From positions 36,638 through 100,637 of the forward strand of contig JADFDC010000007.1 in assembly GCA_018263115.1 (NCBI GenBank): DNA of 64,000 nt, read 5' to 3'. The notes beneath the pieces are model-generated. The model was not told the DNA's origin. It saw only the letters and a program-made list of their open reading frames with translations, and did no database searches. Each line of letters begins with the position of its first letter. Positions within the stretch are counted from its first letter, which is position 1. The stretch comes from Thiobacillus sp. Its GTDB lineage: Bacteria; Pseudomonadota; Gammaproteobacteria; Burkholderiales; Thiobacillaceae. This document shows positions 22,520 through 32,404 of the stretch, piece after piece. The position numbers and the translations under genes are program-made.

Positions 22520-23800
22520 GTGACATATCTCCCGCGTTTGATTTCCCCGTTTTTTCTGTTCTGTTTTTTTGTGTTTGCGACCACGCAAGCCAATGCCGCG
22601 CTGGAGATCCAGGTCACGGGTGGCGCATCCAACCGGATTCCTGTCGCACTGATTCCCTTCCAGTCTCCATCCGACCGCCCCAGCCCCGCACTGACGGATA
22701 TCATTGGCCAGGATTTATTGCGTTCGGGCCAGATCAAACTGGTTGAAACCGAAGGTGGCCAGCAGCCCTATGAGCCTGCGCAAATTGATTACCGCGTGTG
22801 GCAGGGTAAAGGCGCTGAGGCAATTGTTGTCGGGCAGGTCGTTCGGATATCGGCCAGCCGTTTCGAGATTCGCTTCAGGTTGATGGATGCATCGAAACAA
22901 ACCCAGCTGGCGGGCCTCAGCATGAACGTGGGTGTGGATCAATGGCGTGCTGCCGCGCACAAGATTGCTGACGTCATTTATGAAACGCTCACGGGTGAGC
23001 CCGGCGTATTCAACTCACGTATTGCTTATGTCAATAAACGCGGTAAACAATTTGAGCTGAAGGTGGCGGATGCGGACGGGCAAAATCCGCAAACCGTGGT
23101 GCGTTCCAATGAGCCGCTGATTTCTCCGGCTTTCTCGCCAGACGGCGGCCGGCTTGCCTACGTATCGTTTGAGGACAAGAAGCCCGTTGTTTATGTGCAG
23201 TCCCTGCGTGACGGCAGCCGCCGCGCTGTTGCTGCCTTCAAGGGTTCCAATTCAGCGCCTGCCTGGTCGCCGGACGGCACGCGCCTGGCGGTGACGCTAA
23301 CGCGTGACCATGGCTCGCAGATTTACCTCATAAGTGCCGATGGTGGCGGCTTGTCGCGCCTGACCAGTGGCGGCGCAATTGACACCGAGCCGGCATGGTC
23401 GCCGGATGGCCAATGGATTTACTTTACTTCGGACCGTGGCGGCAGCCCGCAGATTTATCGCATGCCCGCCACGGGTGGCGATGTCAAACGCGTGACGTTT
23501 GATGGAGCCTACAACGTATCGCCGGCAATCAGCCCGGATGGCAAGCTTCTTGCCTATATTCAGAGAGAAGGCGGACGGTTCCGTCTGGTATTGCAGGATT
23601 TGGCCAATGGCCAGACACGAGTGCTGACGGATACCGCCCATGACGAATCCCCAAGCTTTGCGCCCAATGGAAGGTTGCTGTTGTATGCAACATTGTCTGG
23701 CGGGCGGGGCATACTGGGAACGGTAACCGTGGATGGCCGGACCAAGGCGCGTTTATCCGAATCAGGCAGCGATGCCCGCGAGCCGGTGTGGGGGCCTTGA
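22520..23800 (+). CDS. tolB: Tol-Pal system beta-propeller protein TolB
   Basis: Signal peptide followed by repeated PD40 motifs (PAFSPDG..LAYVS, PAWSPDG, PAISPDG, PSFAPNG). Confidence 0.95.
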   Translation: MTYLPRLISPFFLFCFFVFATTQANAALEIQVTGGASNRIPVALIPFQSPSDRPSPALTDIIGQDLLRSGQIKLVETEGGQQPYEPAQIDYRVWQGKGAEAIVVGQVVRISASRFEIRFRLMDASKQTQLAGLSMNVGVDQWRAAAHKIADVIYETLTGEPGVFNSRIAYVNKRGKQFELKVADADGQNPQTVVRSNEPLISPAFSPDGGRLAYVSFEDKKPVVYVQSLRDGSRRAVAAFKGSNSAPAWSPDGTRLAVTLTRDHGSQIYLISADGGGLSRLTSGGAIDTEPAWSPDGQWIYFTSDRGGSPQIYRMPATGGDVKRVTFDGAYNVSPAISPDGKLLAYIQREGGRFRLVLQDLANGQTRVLTDTAHDESPSFAPNGRLLLYATLSGGRGILGTVTVDGRTKARLSESGSDAREPVWGP

Positions 23801-23917
23801 GATTTCGGCTTGGCCGTGGAAATTTTGACGCCCAAACATGTTTTTTGCATGAACGGCACTATTCACCGGAAGGCTTGAGCCGGGAATAAATGAATGAAAT
23901 ATACGAAGGAGGAGAAG

Positions 23918-24559
23918 GTGAAACAATCCCTGTTACCCCTGTTACTGATTGTGGCATTGTCCGGGTGCGAAACGCTGGGCTTGAGCGACAAATCCGCATC
24001 CATTGAAGACCGGAATGCAAGCGGTGCGCAGCCAGGCGGACCCGCGACCTCTGCATCGAAGGGCAGCGCCGCCGCAACTTCCGGTGTTGCAGGCTCTGGT
24101 GTTGAAACAACAGGGCTGGGGGGCAGTTCAGTTGCTGGGCAGCCGCTTGATGCCAAGCCGCTGGAAGGGCCGGTTGACGCGAGCATGAAAGGGGCAGACC
24201 CAAGGAAGGATCCTGCCAGCCCGCTTTCAAAGCGCAGCATATTTTTTGATTACGATAGCTATACCGTTAGAGACGAGTACCGTACCGTAATTGAAGCTCA
24301 CGCCGCTTACCTGATGACCCGCCGGAGTGCGCGTGCCATTTTGCAGGGGAATGCGGACTCTCGCGGCAGCCGCGAATATAACCTTGCCCTGGGCCAGAAG
24401 CGCGCCGAAGCAGTTCGCAAGGCGCTGGCGGTTCTGGGTGTTCAGGAAGAGCAAATCGAAGCAGTGAGTTTTGGCGAGGAGAAACCCAGAGCCGTTGGTG
24501 AGTCCGAGCAGGATTTCGCAGAGAACCGCCGCGCTGATATTGTTTACGGAGACGAATGA
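23918..24559 (+). CDS. pal: peptidoglycan-associated lipoprotein Pal (long G/S/A-rich linker)
   Basis: Lipobox LIVALSGC, OmpA-like C-terminal domain (FDYDSY.V..EY...H..YL ... L.GN.D.RGS.EYN.ALG..RA). The GTG start at 23918 has an AGGAGGA Shine-Dalgarno sequence; the listed ORF starts at 23894. Confidence 0.9.
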   Translation: MKQSLLPLLLIVALSGCETLGLSDKSASIEDRNASGAQPGGPATSASKGSAAATSGVAGSGVETTGLGGSSVAGQPLDAKPLEGPVDASMKGADPRKDPASPLSKRSIFFDYDSYTVRDEYRTVIEAHAAYLMTRRSARAILQGNADSRGSREYNLALGQKRAEAVRKALAVLGVQEEQIEAVSFGEEKPRAVGESEQDFAENRRADIVYGDE

Positions 24560-25446
24560 GGAGACCGCTGATGGTTCGCCGGTTTGTCCTGCCACTTGTA
24601 TTGTTGTCCGCATTGGCTGGTGAAGCCGCAGCGGATACGGCTCGACAGGTTACCGAGCTGCAACTGCAGGTCCAGACGCTTGAAGCAAGACTGAAGAAGC
24701 TGGAAGCCATGCTGCAGAATCACGCCGCATTTGATCTCCTGAAGGATGTCGAGGCGATGAAAGCGGAGATGTCTCGCATGCGCGGGCAATCCGAAGTTCA
24801 GACGCACCAGATGGAGTCGCTGGGCAAGCGCCAGACCGATCTCTACACAGATCTTGATAAACGTCTGGAGGATCTGAACAAGCAGGTCAAAACGGCTGTG
24901 GCCCCTGCTGTAGCGCCTGCCCCGCCGGCTCCTGTTCCGACCGTATCGGCCCAGGCTGCGACGCAAGTTGCCGCAAGCACACCTTCTCCATCGGCACCTA
25001 CGCCAGGCGCCGCTGCCACTTCAGCGCCTGCCAAGCCCGCCACTGCATCGGCGCCGGCGGCGGAAGATCCGCTGGCCGAATCGAAAACCTATGAGGCGGC
25101 ATTGAATCAGTTCAAGGCTGCCAACTATGCAGGTTCCATTGCGGGCTTCAAGAATTTCCTCAAGTCTTATCCGGGCAGCAGCCTGGCATCCAATGCACAG
25201 TACTGGATTGGCTATTCCTACTACGCGCTCAAGGATTACAAAACGGCGCTGGCGCAGCAACAAAAACTGGTCAGTGCGTATCCACAAAGCGCAAAGGTTC
25301 CGGATGCGTTGCTGAATATTGCGAGTAGCCAGTTGGAAACCGATGACACGGACGCCGCCAGGAAAACTCTGGAAGAAATCATCAATAAACATTCGAATTC
25401 GAATGCAGCGAAAATCGCAGCCAAGCGGCTGGCTGCGTTGAAGTGA
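24556..25446 (+). CDS. cpoB: cell division coordinator CpoB (YbgF)
   Basis: Signal peptide, coiled coil, A/P-rich linker, C-terminal TPR (YE.AL..FK...Y..A...F..FL..YP.S....NA.YW.G) directly after pal. Confidence 0.85.
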   Translation: MRRPLMVRRFVLPLVLLSALAGEAAADTARQVTELQLQVQTLEARLKKLEAMLQNHAAFDLLKDVEAMKAEMSRMRGQSEVQTHQMESLGKRQTDLYTDLDKRLEDLNKQVKTAVAPAVAPAPPAPVPTVSAQAATQVAASTPSPSAPTPGAAATSAPAKPATASAPAAEDPLAESKTYEAALNQFKAANYAGSIAGFKNFLKSYPGSSLASNAQYWIGYSYYALKDYKTALAQQQKLVSAYPQSAKVPDALLNIASSQLETDDTDAARKTLEEIINKHSNSNAAKIAAKRLAALK

Positions 25447-26096
25447 GCAGTGATCCCGTAACGCTCCGTCTCACGGAGATGTTTTTTTCCCTGCAGGGCG
25501 AGACCTCGCGCATCGGCTTGCCTACCGTGTTTATTCGGCTGTCGGGATGTCCGCTTCGATGTGTGTGGTGCGACACCCCATACAGTTTTACTGGCGGCGA
25601 GACCTGGACGATCGCTGATGTTCTCGACAAAACCGCCAGCTTTGGCACGTCATATGTGACCGTGACTGGCGGTGAGCCGCTCGCACAAAAAAATTGCCTG
25701 CCACTCCTGACAGCTCTATGTGACGCAGGATACGAGGTATCACTTGAAACAGGTGGCGCCCACGATGTTTCCTGTGTGGACAGCCGGGTGTCCCGAATCG
25801 TCGACATCAAGCCGCCCGGATCGGGCGAGTCCGGGCAGATGCGTTGGGAGAATCTTGGTCTGCTTAACAAGAATGACGAGATCAAGTTTGTGCTGGCTGA
25901 TCGCGAGGACTACGAATGGGCGCTAGCCGTCATGCGGCGTGATGATTTTCCCCGGGAAGTGCCAGTGCTGTTCTCGCCGGTTCATGGAAAACTGGAAGGC
26001 AAATCCCTTGCGGAATGGATACTGGAAGACCGTGTTCCCGCCCGCATGCAAATTCAGCTGCATAAAATGCTCTGGGGCGAGGAACGAGCAAGATGA
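25443..26096 (+). CDS. queE: 7-carboxy-7-deazaguanine synthase QueE (radical SAM)
   Basis: EMFFSLQGE...G.PTVFIRLSGCPLRCVWCDT cluster motif, with queC downstream. Confidence 0.9.
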   Translation: MSSDPVTLRLTEMFFSLQGETSRIGLPTVFIRLSGCPLRCVWCDTPYSFTGGETWTIADVLDKTASFGTSYVTVTGGEPLAQKNCLPLLTALCDAGYEVSLETGGAHDVSCVDSRVSRIVDIKPPGSGESGQMRWENLGLLNKNDEIKFVLADREDYEWALAVMRRDDFPREVPVLFSPVHGKLEGKSLAEWILEDRVPARMQIQLHKMLWGEERAR

Positions 26097-26121
26097 ATTG
26101 TGGCGGTGAGGAAGGGTTCTG

Positions 26122-26790
26122 GTGAAACGCGCGGTGATATTGCTTTCGGGCGGCCTGGATTCTGCAACCACGCTCGCCATCGCATCTCAGCAGGGATACC
26201 AGTGTTACGCCTTGTCTTTTGATTACGGGCAGCGCCATATCGCTGAACTGGGTGCGGCGCAGGCTGTTGCCCGGCATCAGGGGGTTAAGGAGCATCGAAC
26301 AGTCAGGCTGGACCTTGGCGCGCTGGGCGGGTCTGCCCTGACGGACAAAGCCATAGCTGTACCGGAAATGCCTACCGAAGGAATTCCAGTAACGTATGTT
26401 CCGGCGCGCAATACGGTCATGCTTGCTTACGCGTTGGCCTGGTCGGAAGTGCTTGGCGCACGCGACATTTTTATCGGGGTGAATGCCGTTGATTATTCCG
26501 GGTATCCGGATTGCCGGCCAGAATTTATCAAGGCTTTCGAGAAGCTTGCCAATCTGGCGACCAAGGCTGGAGTCGAGCAGGGCGGATTAAAGGTGCATGC
26601 ACCTTTGATAGACCTGTCCAAGGCAGAAATTATTAAACAGGGCCTGGCGCTGGGAGTGGACTACGGCCTGACGGTATCCTGCTATCAGGCAAGCCCCGAC
26701 GGAAAAGCTTGCGGCCGCTGTGATTCCTGCCGTTTACGCAAAGCCGGGTTCGAGCAGGCAGGGGAAAAAGACCCGACCCGTTACAATTAA
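26122..26790 (+). CDS. queC: 7-cyano-7-deazaguanine synthase QueC
   Basis: [12 protein letters not shown]-loop, DYGQRH, C-terminal zinc cysteines (SCY ... CGRCDSC). Confidence 0.95.
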   Translation: MKRAVILLSGGLDSATTLAIASQQGYQCYALSFDYGQRHIAELGAAQAVARHQGVKEHRTVRLDLGALGGSALTDKAIAVPEMPTEGIPVTYVPARNTVMLAYALAWSEVLGARDIFIGVNAVDYSGYPDCRPEFIKAFEKLANLATKAGVEQGGLKVHAPLIDLSKAEIIKQGLALGVDYGLTVSCYQASPDGKACGRCDSCRLRKAGFEQAGEKDPTRYN

Positions 26791-26892
26791 TACCTGCATA
26801 AAATAATACGTCGTAAATCATCGGGAAAACCTATTGTGCGAGTAGGGCTGTCTGTGTCATAAAGTCACAATAATCAGGATCAGGGGAGAGCT

Positions 26893-27999
26893 ATGGAGTG
26901 GTTTCAAGGGATAGCGGTTGAGCGCCAGGTTGCACTGCTTGGTTTTATTCTGGCGATGATTTTTGGCTATGTCGGAAACAAGACTCATTTTTGCACCATG
27001 GGCGCGGTTTCGGACATCGTTAACATCGGCGATTGGGGCCGCATGCGAGCCTGGCTGCTGGCGATTGCCGTAGCCATCATTGGAACCAACATCCTGGTCT
27101 ACATGGGCCATCTTGATATCGAGAAAACGCTCTACACCACCCCAAATTTTTACTGGCTTGCAGCCATTGTAGGTGGCGCCACCTTCGGCATAGGCATGAC
27201 CCTGGCGGGTGGGTGCGGCCAACGTACCCTGGTGAGGGTGGGCGGCGGCAATCTCAAATCAATTGTTGTCTTCATTTATCTGGGTTATGCGGCCCTGGTA
27301 ACGTTGAGGGGGATTCTGGGCGCTTTCAGGGTAAATTTTCTCCAAGCGCCTGCTGTAACCGTGCAACTGGACGGCAATCAAACGCTGCCTACATTGTTGA
27401 ATCTTGACCCCGGCGCTGCATTGGGCCTGGCGCTGGCTATCGCAGCCGTCATGTTGGTCTTTATTTTTGCCAATGGCGATTTCCGCAAGAATTCGGATGG
27501 CATTCTGAGCGGCATCGTCATCGGTCTTATCGTCGTGGCAGGCTGGTATGTTACCGGCAAGCTTGGTTTTGGCGAGGATCCGGAAACGCTGGAAATGGTT
27601 TATATCGGTACCAATTCACATCTGGCCGAATCCATGACCTTTGTCGCGCCGGTAGGCTACACCATGGACTACTGGGCATACTGGACGGACAGCGCCACGA
27701 TTATCACTTTTGGCATTGCCACTGTGTTTGGTGTTGGCGTGGGCTCTTTCATCTATGCTGTTACCCATAAAACCTTCAGATGGGAGTTTTTTACTTCTCC
27801 CCAGGATCTGGCTCGTCACCTGATAGGCGCGACTCTGATGGGCTTTGGCGGTGTCACGGCGTTGGGATGCACCATCGGACAGGGCGTGACGGGGGTTTCT
27901 ACTCTTTCCATCATGTCCTTTCTGGTGCTGGCGAGCATCATTACAGGCGCGGCAGTCACCATGAAGGTCCAGTACGCCCTGATGATGAGAAGCGCCTAA
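26893..27999 (+). CDS. YeeE/YedE family inner-membrane protein (putative sulfur-compound transporter)
   Basis: Polytopic protein with the two characteristic conserved-cysteine segments (GGATFGIGMTLAGGCG and GFGGVTALGCTIGQG). Confidence 0.8.
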   Translation: MEWFQGIAVERQVALLGFILAMIFGYVGNKTHFCTMGAVSDIVNIGDWGRMRAWLLAIAVAIIGTNILVYMGHLDIEKTLYTTPNFYWLAAIVGGATFGIGMTLAGGCGQRTLVRVGGGNLKSIVVFIYLGYAALVTLRGILGAFRVNFLQAPAVTVQLDGNQTLPTLLNLDPGAALGLALAIAAVMLVFIFANGDFRKNSDGILSGIVIGLIVVAGWYVTGKLGFGEDPETLEMVYIGTNSHLAESMTFVAPVGYTMDYWAYWTDSATIITFGIATVFGVGVGSFIYAVTHKTFRWEFFTSPQDLARHLIGATLMGFGGVTALGCTIGQGVTGVSTLSIMSFLVLASIITGAAVTMKVQYALMMRSA

Positions 28000-28149
28000 A
28001 TTTTTACCAAGCAGGGCCGATGCAGCAAATACGGGGTAAATGATTTAATACACACACCCAGAACGAATTGGGAAAAAGTAGTCTTAAATTACCTTGACCA
28101 TGTGGAATTACATTGGTACGGTTAGGAAGCGGTTCGCCGAGGAGATGAT

Positions 28150-28818
28150 TTGAAAACATTACGTACATTCCTGCTGCTGGTGGCAATGGCATTCTCAAGC
28201 CAGCAAGCATGGGCCGGAAAGGCGATCAACTTCGTGTTGAACGACAGCAACGGCAAGGTACACCGGCTTTCCGATTATTCCGGCAAATGGGTGTTAATCA
28301 ACTTCTGGGCGCCCTGGTGCCCGCGCTGCTGGATGGAATTTCCCCTTCTGAACGACTTGGACAGCCGCAAGGACTTTGTGGTGCTGGGCGTTGCCATGGA
28401 TTATGGTGGCGATGAGACTTCCGCTCATTCCTACGCCAGACGTTACAACCTGCGTTATCCGCAAGTCATGGCAGGTAATCGGCGCGATCCTAACAGCCCA
28501 TCCCACCAGGTTGGCCCAGTGGACTTCTATCCGACTTCCTATCTGTATGCCCCGGATGGTGAACTGGTCATGTTCATCCCCGGCATTGTCAGCAAGAACA
28601 AACTGGCCAGTTTCATGGATCAATATGCCAGGGAGAATCCCACAGCATTCGCGGAGGCGCCTGCGCAACCTGTTGCAGCCACTGCTGCAGCAGCTACCGC
28701 AGCAGCTGCGGTAGCGGGCAAAAGTGCGGAAACCTCAAAGCCTGTCCCGGCTGCGGTTAAACCGGCTGAATACAAAAAGGCTCCAGCTTCCAACGCAAAA
28801 AAAAAAGTAAGAAGCTGA
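28150..28818 (+). CDS. TlpA/redoxin-family periplasmic thiol:disulfide oxidoreductase with Ala-rich C-terminal tail
   Basis: Signal peptide and thioredoxin motif FWAPWCPRC. The TTG start has a GAGGAG Shine-Dalgarno sequence. Confidence 0.75.
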   Translation: MKTLRTFLLLVAMAFSSQQAWAGKAINFVLNDSNGKVHRLSDYSGKWVLINFWAPWCPRCWMEFPLLNDLDSRKDFVVLGVAMDYGGDETSAHSYARRYNLRYPQVMAGNRRDPNSPSHQVGPVDFYPTSYLYAPDGELVMFIPGIVSKNKLASFMDQYARENPTAFAEAPAQPVAATAAAATAAAAVAGKSAETSKPVPAAVKPAEYKKAPASNAKKKVRS

Positions 28819-28840
28819 GTTAATTCGTAGAGGTCGTGTA

Positions 28841-28868
28841 AAAAGCGGGAGGATCCTCCCGCTTTTTT
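28841..28868 (+). terminator. intrinsic terminator after the tlpA-like gene
   Basis: AAAAAGCGGGAGG-ATC-CTCCCGCTTTTTT hairpin plus T-run. Confidence 0.75.
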
Positions 28869-28922
28869 ATTTCTGCCGGGTAACTACTCAGTTTCGGGTA
28901 TTCATTTAAGAGCGTTTGGGCT

Positions 28923-28951
28923 TTTCACGGCGAGCTTCATTACGGTATAAT
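28923..28951 (+). promoter_or_regulatory. candidate sigma-70 promoter of tRNA-Lys
   Basis: TTTCAC - 17 nt - TATAAT, followed by a GC-containing discriminator (TTTGCGC), about 60 nt upstream of the tRNA. Confidence 0.35.
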
Positions 28952-29009
28952 TTTGCGCTTTGCCGGGTCAGTCTCTGGTCTCTAGATCAGTCTGTTCAGG
29001 TAAAGGAAT

Positions 29010-29085
29010 GGGTCGGTAGCTCAGCCGGTAGAGCAGCGGACTTTTAATCCGTTGGTCGCGAGTTCGAATCTCGCCCGACCCACCA
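29010..29085 (+). tRNA. tRNA-Lys (anticodon UUU)
   Basis: Cloverleaf checked by hand: acceptor GGGTCGG/CCGACCC, D stem GCTC/GAGC, anticodon loop CTTTTAA, T arm GCGAG-TTCGAAT-CTCGC, 3' CCA. Confidence 0.95.
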
Positions 29086-29094
29086 AATTCAGAA

Positions 29095-29122
29095 GCCACG
29101 CACTGCGTGGCTTTTGTTTTTT
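29095..29122 (+). terminator. intrinsic terminator after tRNA-Lys
   Basis: GCCACGC-ACT-GCGTGGC followed by TTTTGTTTTTT. Confidence 0.8.
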
Positions 29123-29287
29123 AACATGCCAAGGGATGGCCTGACAAAAATTGTCACCACTGGTCGAATTGGGGCAGTTATGCGTTCCTCAAAATCCCGA
29201 TAATCAATTGAATGAATGACGCAGCAAATCTTAATGATCTTTGCAACTTATTGAAATAAAGGGTATTTGTTACCCAGTTCCACCGAT

Positions 29288-29303
29288 TGGCACTGCATTG
29301 GCT
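29288..29303 (+). promoter_or_regulatory. candidate sigma-54 (-24/-12) promoter of the pilin gene
   Basis: TGGCACTGCATTGGCT has GG and GC at the canonical 10-nt spacing (consensus TGGCAC-N5-TTGCW), 82 nt upstream of the pilin ATG. RpoN/PilR control of type IVa pilin genes is well known. Confidence 0.55.
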
Positions 29304-29384
29304 AAAGCTGGCATGGCCGATGCTCTTAGTCTGTCAGACACGAATGTTCGTGCTCTTTACGCTCAACCCTTTAGGAGAATTTAA

Positions 29385-29732
29385 ATGAAAAAAGTGCAAC
29401 AAGGTTTTACCCTGATCGAACTGATGATCGTGGTTGCCATTATTGGTATTCTGGCAGCGATCGCTGTGCCCCAATACCAAAACTACACGAACCGTTCCAA
29501 GATCAGGGCGTGTTTGTCCGAGGCTACAGGCATTGCACGTGGTGCCGTAGCCGCTACTGCTGATAATAACGTCGCCATGATGCCGGCTGACGTTTGGAGT
29601 TCCTGCTCTGCGGATACATATGATGCTACGGCTGTGCTGCCTGCAGGCGGTACTTTTACGGCGACCGCTCGCGACACTGCTGCAACTACTATTACTTGTA
29701 CTAACAACACTGGTGTTTGTACCCACCCGTAA
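29385..29732 (+). CDS. type IVa pilin (PilA/PilE-like), short 115-aa form
   Basis: Class III signal [34 protein letters not shown] and a C-terminal Cys pair (CTNNTGVC). AGGAGA Shine-Dalgarno sequence upstream. Confidence 0.9.
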   Translation: MKKVQQGFTLIELMIVVAIIGILAAIAVPQYQNYTNRSKIRACLSEATGIARGAVAATADNNVAMMPADVWSSCSADTYDATAVLPAGGTFTATARDTAATTITCTNNTGVCTHP

Positions 29733-29758
29733 TTTTGGGTTGTATTACGGCTGAACAA

Positions 29759-29782
29759 GCCCCGCTTCGGCGGGGTTTTTTA
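29759..29782 (+). terminator. intrinsic terminator after the pilin gene
   Basis: GCCCCGC-TTCG-GCGGGGT followed by TTTTTT. Confidence 0.75.
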
Positions 29783-29793
29783 CTGGATGATAC

Positions 29794-30243
29794 CTAATCA
29801 TCCTTCGTAACAATTTGTCTGATTGTTTCACTTGCAAACCCACGGCCTTGCATGAATCGAAATTGTCGGGCTTTCTCATTTTGATTGGCTGGCTGAACGC
29901 CAAATTTCTTTCGCCAAACATCACGAGCCCGTTCCAGTTCTGTTTCATTTGCCTCCTCAAGCGTTTTTTGGACGACTGATTCCTCCACACCCTTCTGGCG
30001 AAGTTCGTATGCCAGTTTTTGATTGCCAAACCGCGCCTGCTTTTGCGTAACGTAATTCTCCGCGAAGCGCTGGCTGGATAACCAGCCGCGCTGGCTGAGC
30101 TCATCCAGGGCGGGTTTTATCTCTTCTTCGGTATAGCCAGCATGCAGAAGCTTGCGGGTGAGTTCAAGATGTGTGTGATCGCGCCGGGCCAAGTAGGCCA
30201 AGGCCCGGTCGCGAATGGGTGGAAGGGGTTTGTCGTTTTGCAT
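29794..30243 (-). CDS. recX: recombination regulator RecX
   Basis: Immediately downstream of recA. Helical-repeat protein with ALAYLARRDHT..EL..KL pattern. Confidence 0.9.
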   Translation of the reverse strand: MQNDKPLPPIRDRALAYLARRDHTHLELTRKLLHAGYTEEEIKPALDELSQRGWLSSQRFAENYVTQKQARFGNQKLAYELRQKGVEESVVQKTLEEANETELERARDVWRKKFGVQPANQNEKARQFRFMQGRGFASETIRQIVTKDD

Positions 30244-30255
30244 AGTTTTCTACGC

Positions 30256-30304
30256 TCTCAAAAATCCCCCGGCGCTTCGCGCCACCCCCTTTATCAAGGG
30301 GGTG
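30256..30304 (-). terminator. two hairpins between recA and recX (possible partial terminator)
   Basis: On the minus strand: CACCCCCTT-GATA-AAGGGGGTG, then GGCGC-GAA-GCGCC followed by GGGGGATTTTT. Attenuated read-through from recA into recX is known in E. coli. Confidence 0.45.
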
Positions 30305-30316
30305 AAAGGCGGGCGG

Positions 30317-31357
<1,041 letters not shown>

Positions 31358-31389
31358 GGTGGTCTCCTGTTTCATTGAATGGTGATCGA

Positions 31390-31418
31390 ACTTTAGGCGA
31401 TATTTTTATCCATGTCAA
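31390..31418 (-). promoter_or_regulatory. candidate sigma-70 promoter of recA
   Basis: On the minus strand: TTGACA - 17 nt - TAAAGT, about 30 nt upstream of the Shine-Dalgarno sequence. Confidence 0.5.
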
Positions 31419-31503
31419 TATAAAATATCATATGTATAAAAAATACAAACTAGATATGTTTTATGTTGCATGAGTATCTATAATGGCTGGACGGAGAAGC
31501 CTG

Positions 31504-32400
31504 ATGATTACAAAAGACAAAATGCGCCTGGACCTGAAGTGGGCCGCCTTGCAGCGGCTGAAGTTCATCGAGATCATGAGCTGGTATGCCGGGGTGGTGA
31601 CCCGAAGCGATCTGGCTAGAGCGTTTGGCATGTCTGATCCGGCGGCAACCAAGGACATCAAGCTGTACAACGAGCTGGCGCCAGGCAATCTGGGATATAG
31701 CCAGGCCGTGTTCGGTTTTGTGCCGACCGAGCGTTTCAGTCCCATGTTCGCCAATCTGGAACCGGCCGCCGTCCTGCCGGTTTTTGCGGCCAATGAGGCC
31801 ACGATGGGCGGGCCGTACGGCGACACGCTGATTTACGGCCTGGCTGTTGAATCGCTGCCCTTGCCGGCGCGGCTGCCAGACAGGCATGTTCTGGCGCAAA
31901 TAACCCGCGCCATGCGTGGGTGCAGGAAGCTGAAAGTAAGCTACCGCTCACTTTCGGGCCGTGAAGGTTCTAACCAGCGCATTCTGGAACCGCATAACCT
32001 GGTCAATACCGGCACGCGTTGGCATGTGCGTGCGTATAGCGAGGAAACCTACGATTTCCGGGATTTTGTGCTGTCGCGCTTTGCCGGGGCGGAATGCCAG
32101 ATCGAACCGGCGGAATCCAGTGTGCTATACGATGAGGACTGGGTGGAAACCCTGCTACTGAAACTGGGACCGCATCGCATGCTTGATCCTCAAAAGCGTG
32201 AAAGCCTGCTGGTTGATTATGGCGCGGTTGATGGGGTGATCGAGATCGAGGTCAGGCGAGCATTGCTTGGCTATGTGCTGCAACGTCTCAATGTCGATAC
32301 GTCGCTGGAAGGTACAATGAATCCTGCCGCTTATCCGCTGATGCTGCTGAACCGGGACGATATCGAGCCATTCGCGGCGTGGGTGTTTGATCAGGAATAG
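31504..32400 (+). CDS. HTH + WYL domain transcriptional regulator
   Basis: N-terminal winged-HTH-like VTRSDLARAFGMSDPAATKDIKLY. Central WYL-type segment KLKVSYRSL...RILEPHNLVNTGTRWHVRAYSEETYDFRDFVLSRF, with a C-terminal extension. The start is taken at ATG 31504 (GGAGAAG Shine-Dalgarno sequence), because a TATAAT box overlaps the first ATG at 31483. Confidence 0.8.
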   Translation: MITKDKMRLDLKWAALQRLKFIEIMSWYAGVVTRSDLARAFGMSDPAATKDIKLYNELAPGNLGYSQAVFGFVPTERFSPMFANLEPAAVLPVFAANEATMGGPYGDTLIYGLAVESLPLPARLPDRHVLAQITRAMRGCRKLKVSYRSLSGREGSNQRILEPHNLVNTGTRWHVRAYSEETYDFRDFVLSRFAGAECQIEPAESSVLYDEDWVETLLLKLGPHRMLDPQKRESLLVDYGAVDGVIEIEVRRALLGYVLQRLNVDTSLEGTMNPAAYPLMLLNRDDIEPFAAWVFDQE

Positions 32401-32404
32401 GTAC

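Noticed and set aside
28797-28806. A10 homopolymer tract as a phase-variation switch in the tlpA-like gene
   Set aside because: It lies only four codons before the stop and encodes the KKK of a basic tail. A frameshift there would barely change the protein, so a regulatory role is unlikely.
29128-29205. 25-codon ORF (MPRDGLTKIVTTGRIGAVMRSSKSR) between tRNA-Lys and the pilin promoter
   Set aside because: It has no Shine-Dalgarno sequence and no recognisable features. It is of a length expected by chance.
29086-29384. Integrated island at tRNA-Lys (att duplication of the tRNA 3' end)
   Set aside because: I found no direct repeat of the tRNA 3' segment (TTCGAATCTCGCCCGACCC) downstream in the window, and there is no integrase gene. 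The pilin gene is the only cargo.
31432-31448. Possible LexA/SOS box upstream of recA (ATGTATAAAAAATACAA)
   Set aside because: The spacing is wrong for the gamma/beta-proteobacterial consensus CTGT-N8-ACAG. The half-sites here are TGTAT-N5-ATACA, one nt too far apart, and the outer C/G positions are A/A. It is kept only as an unexplained dyad within the WYL/recA finding.
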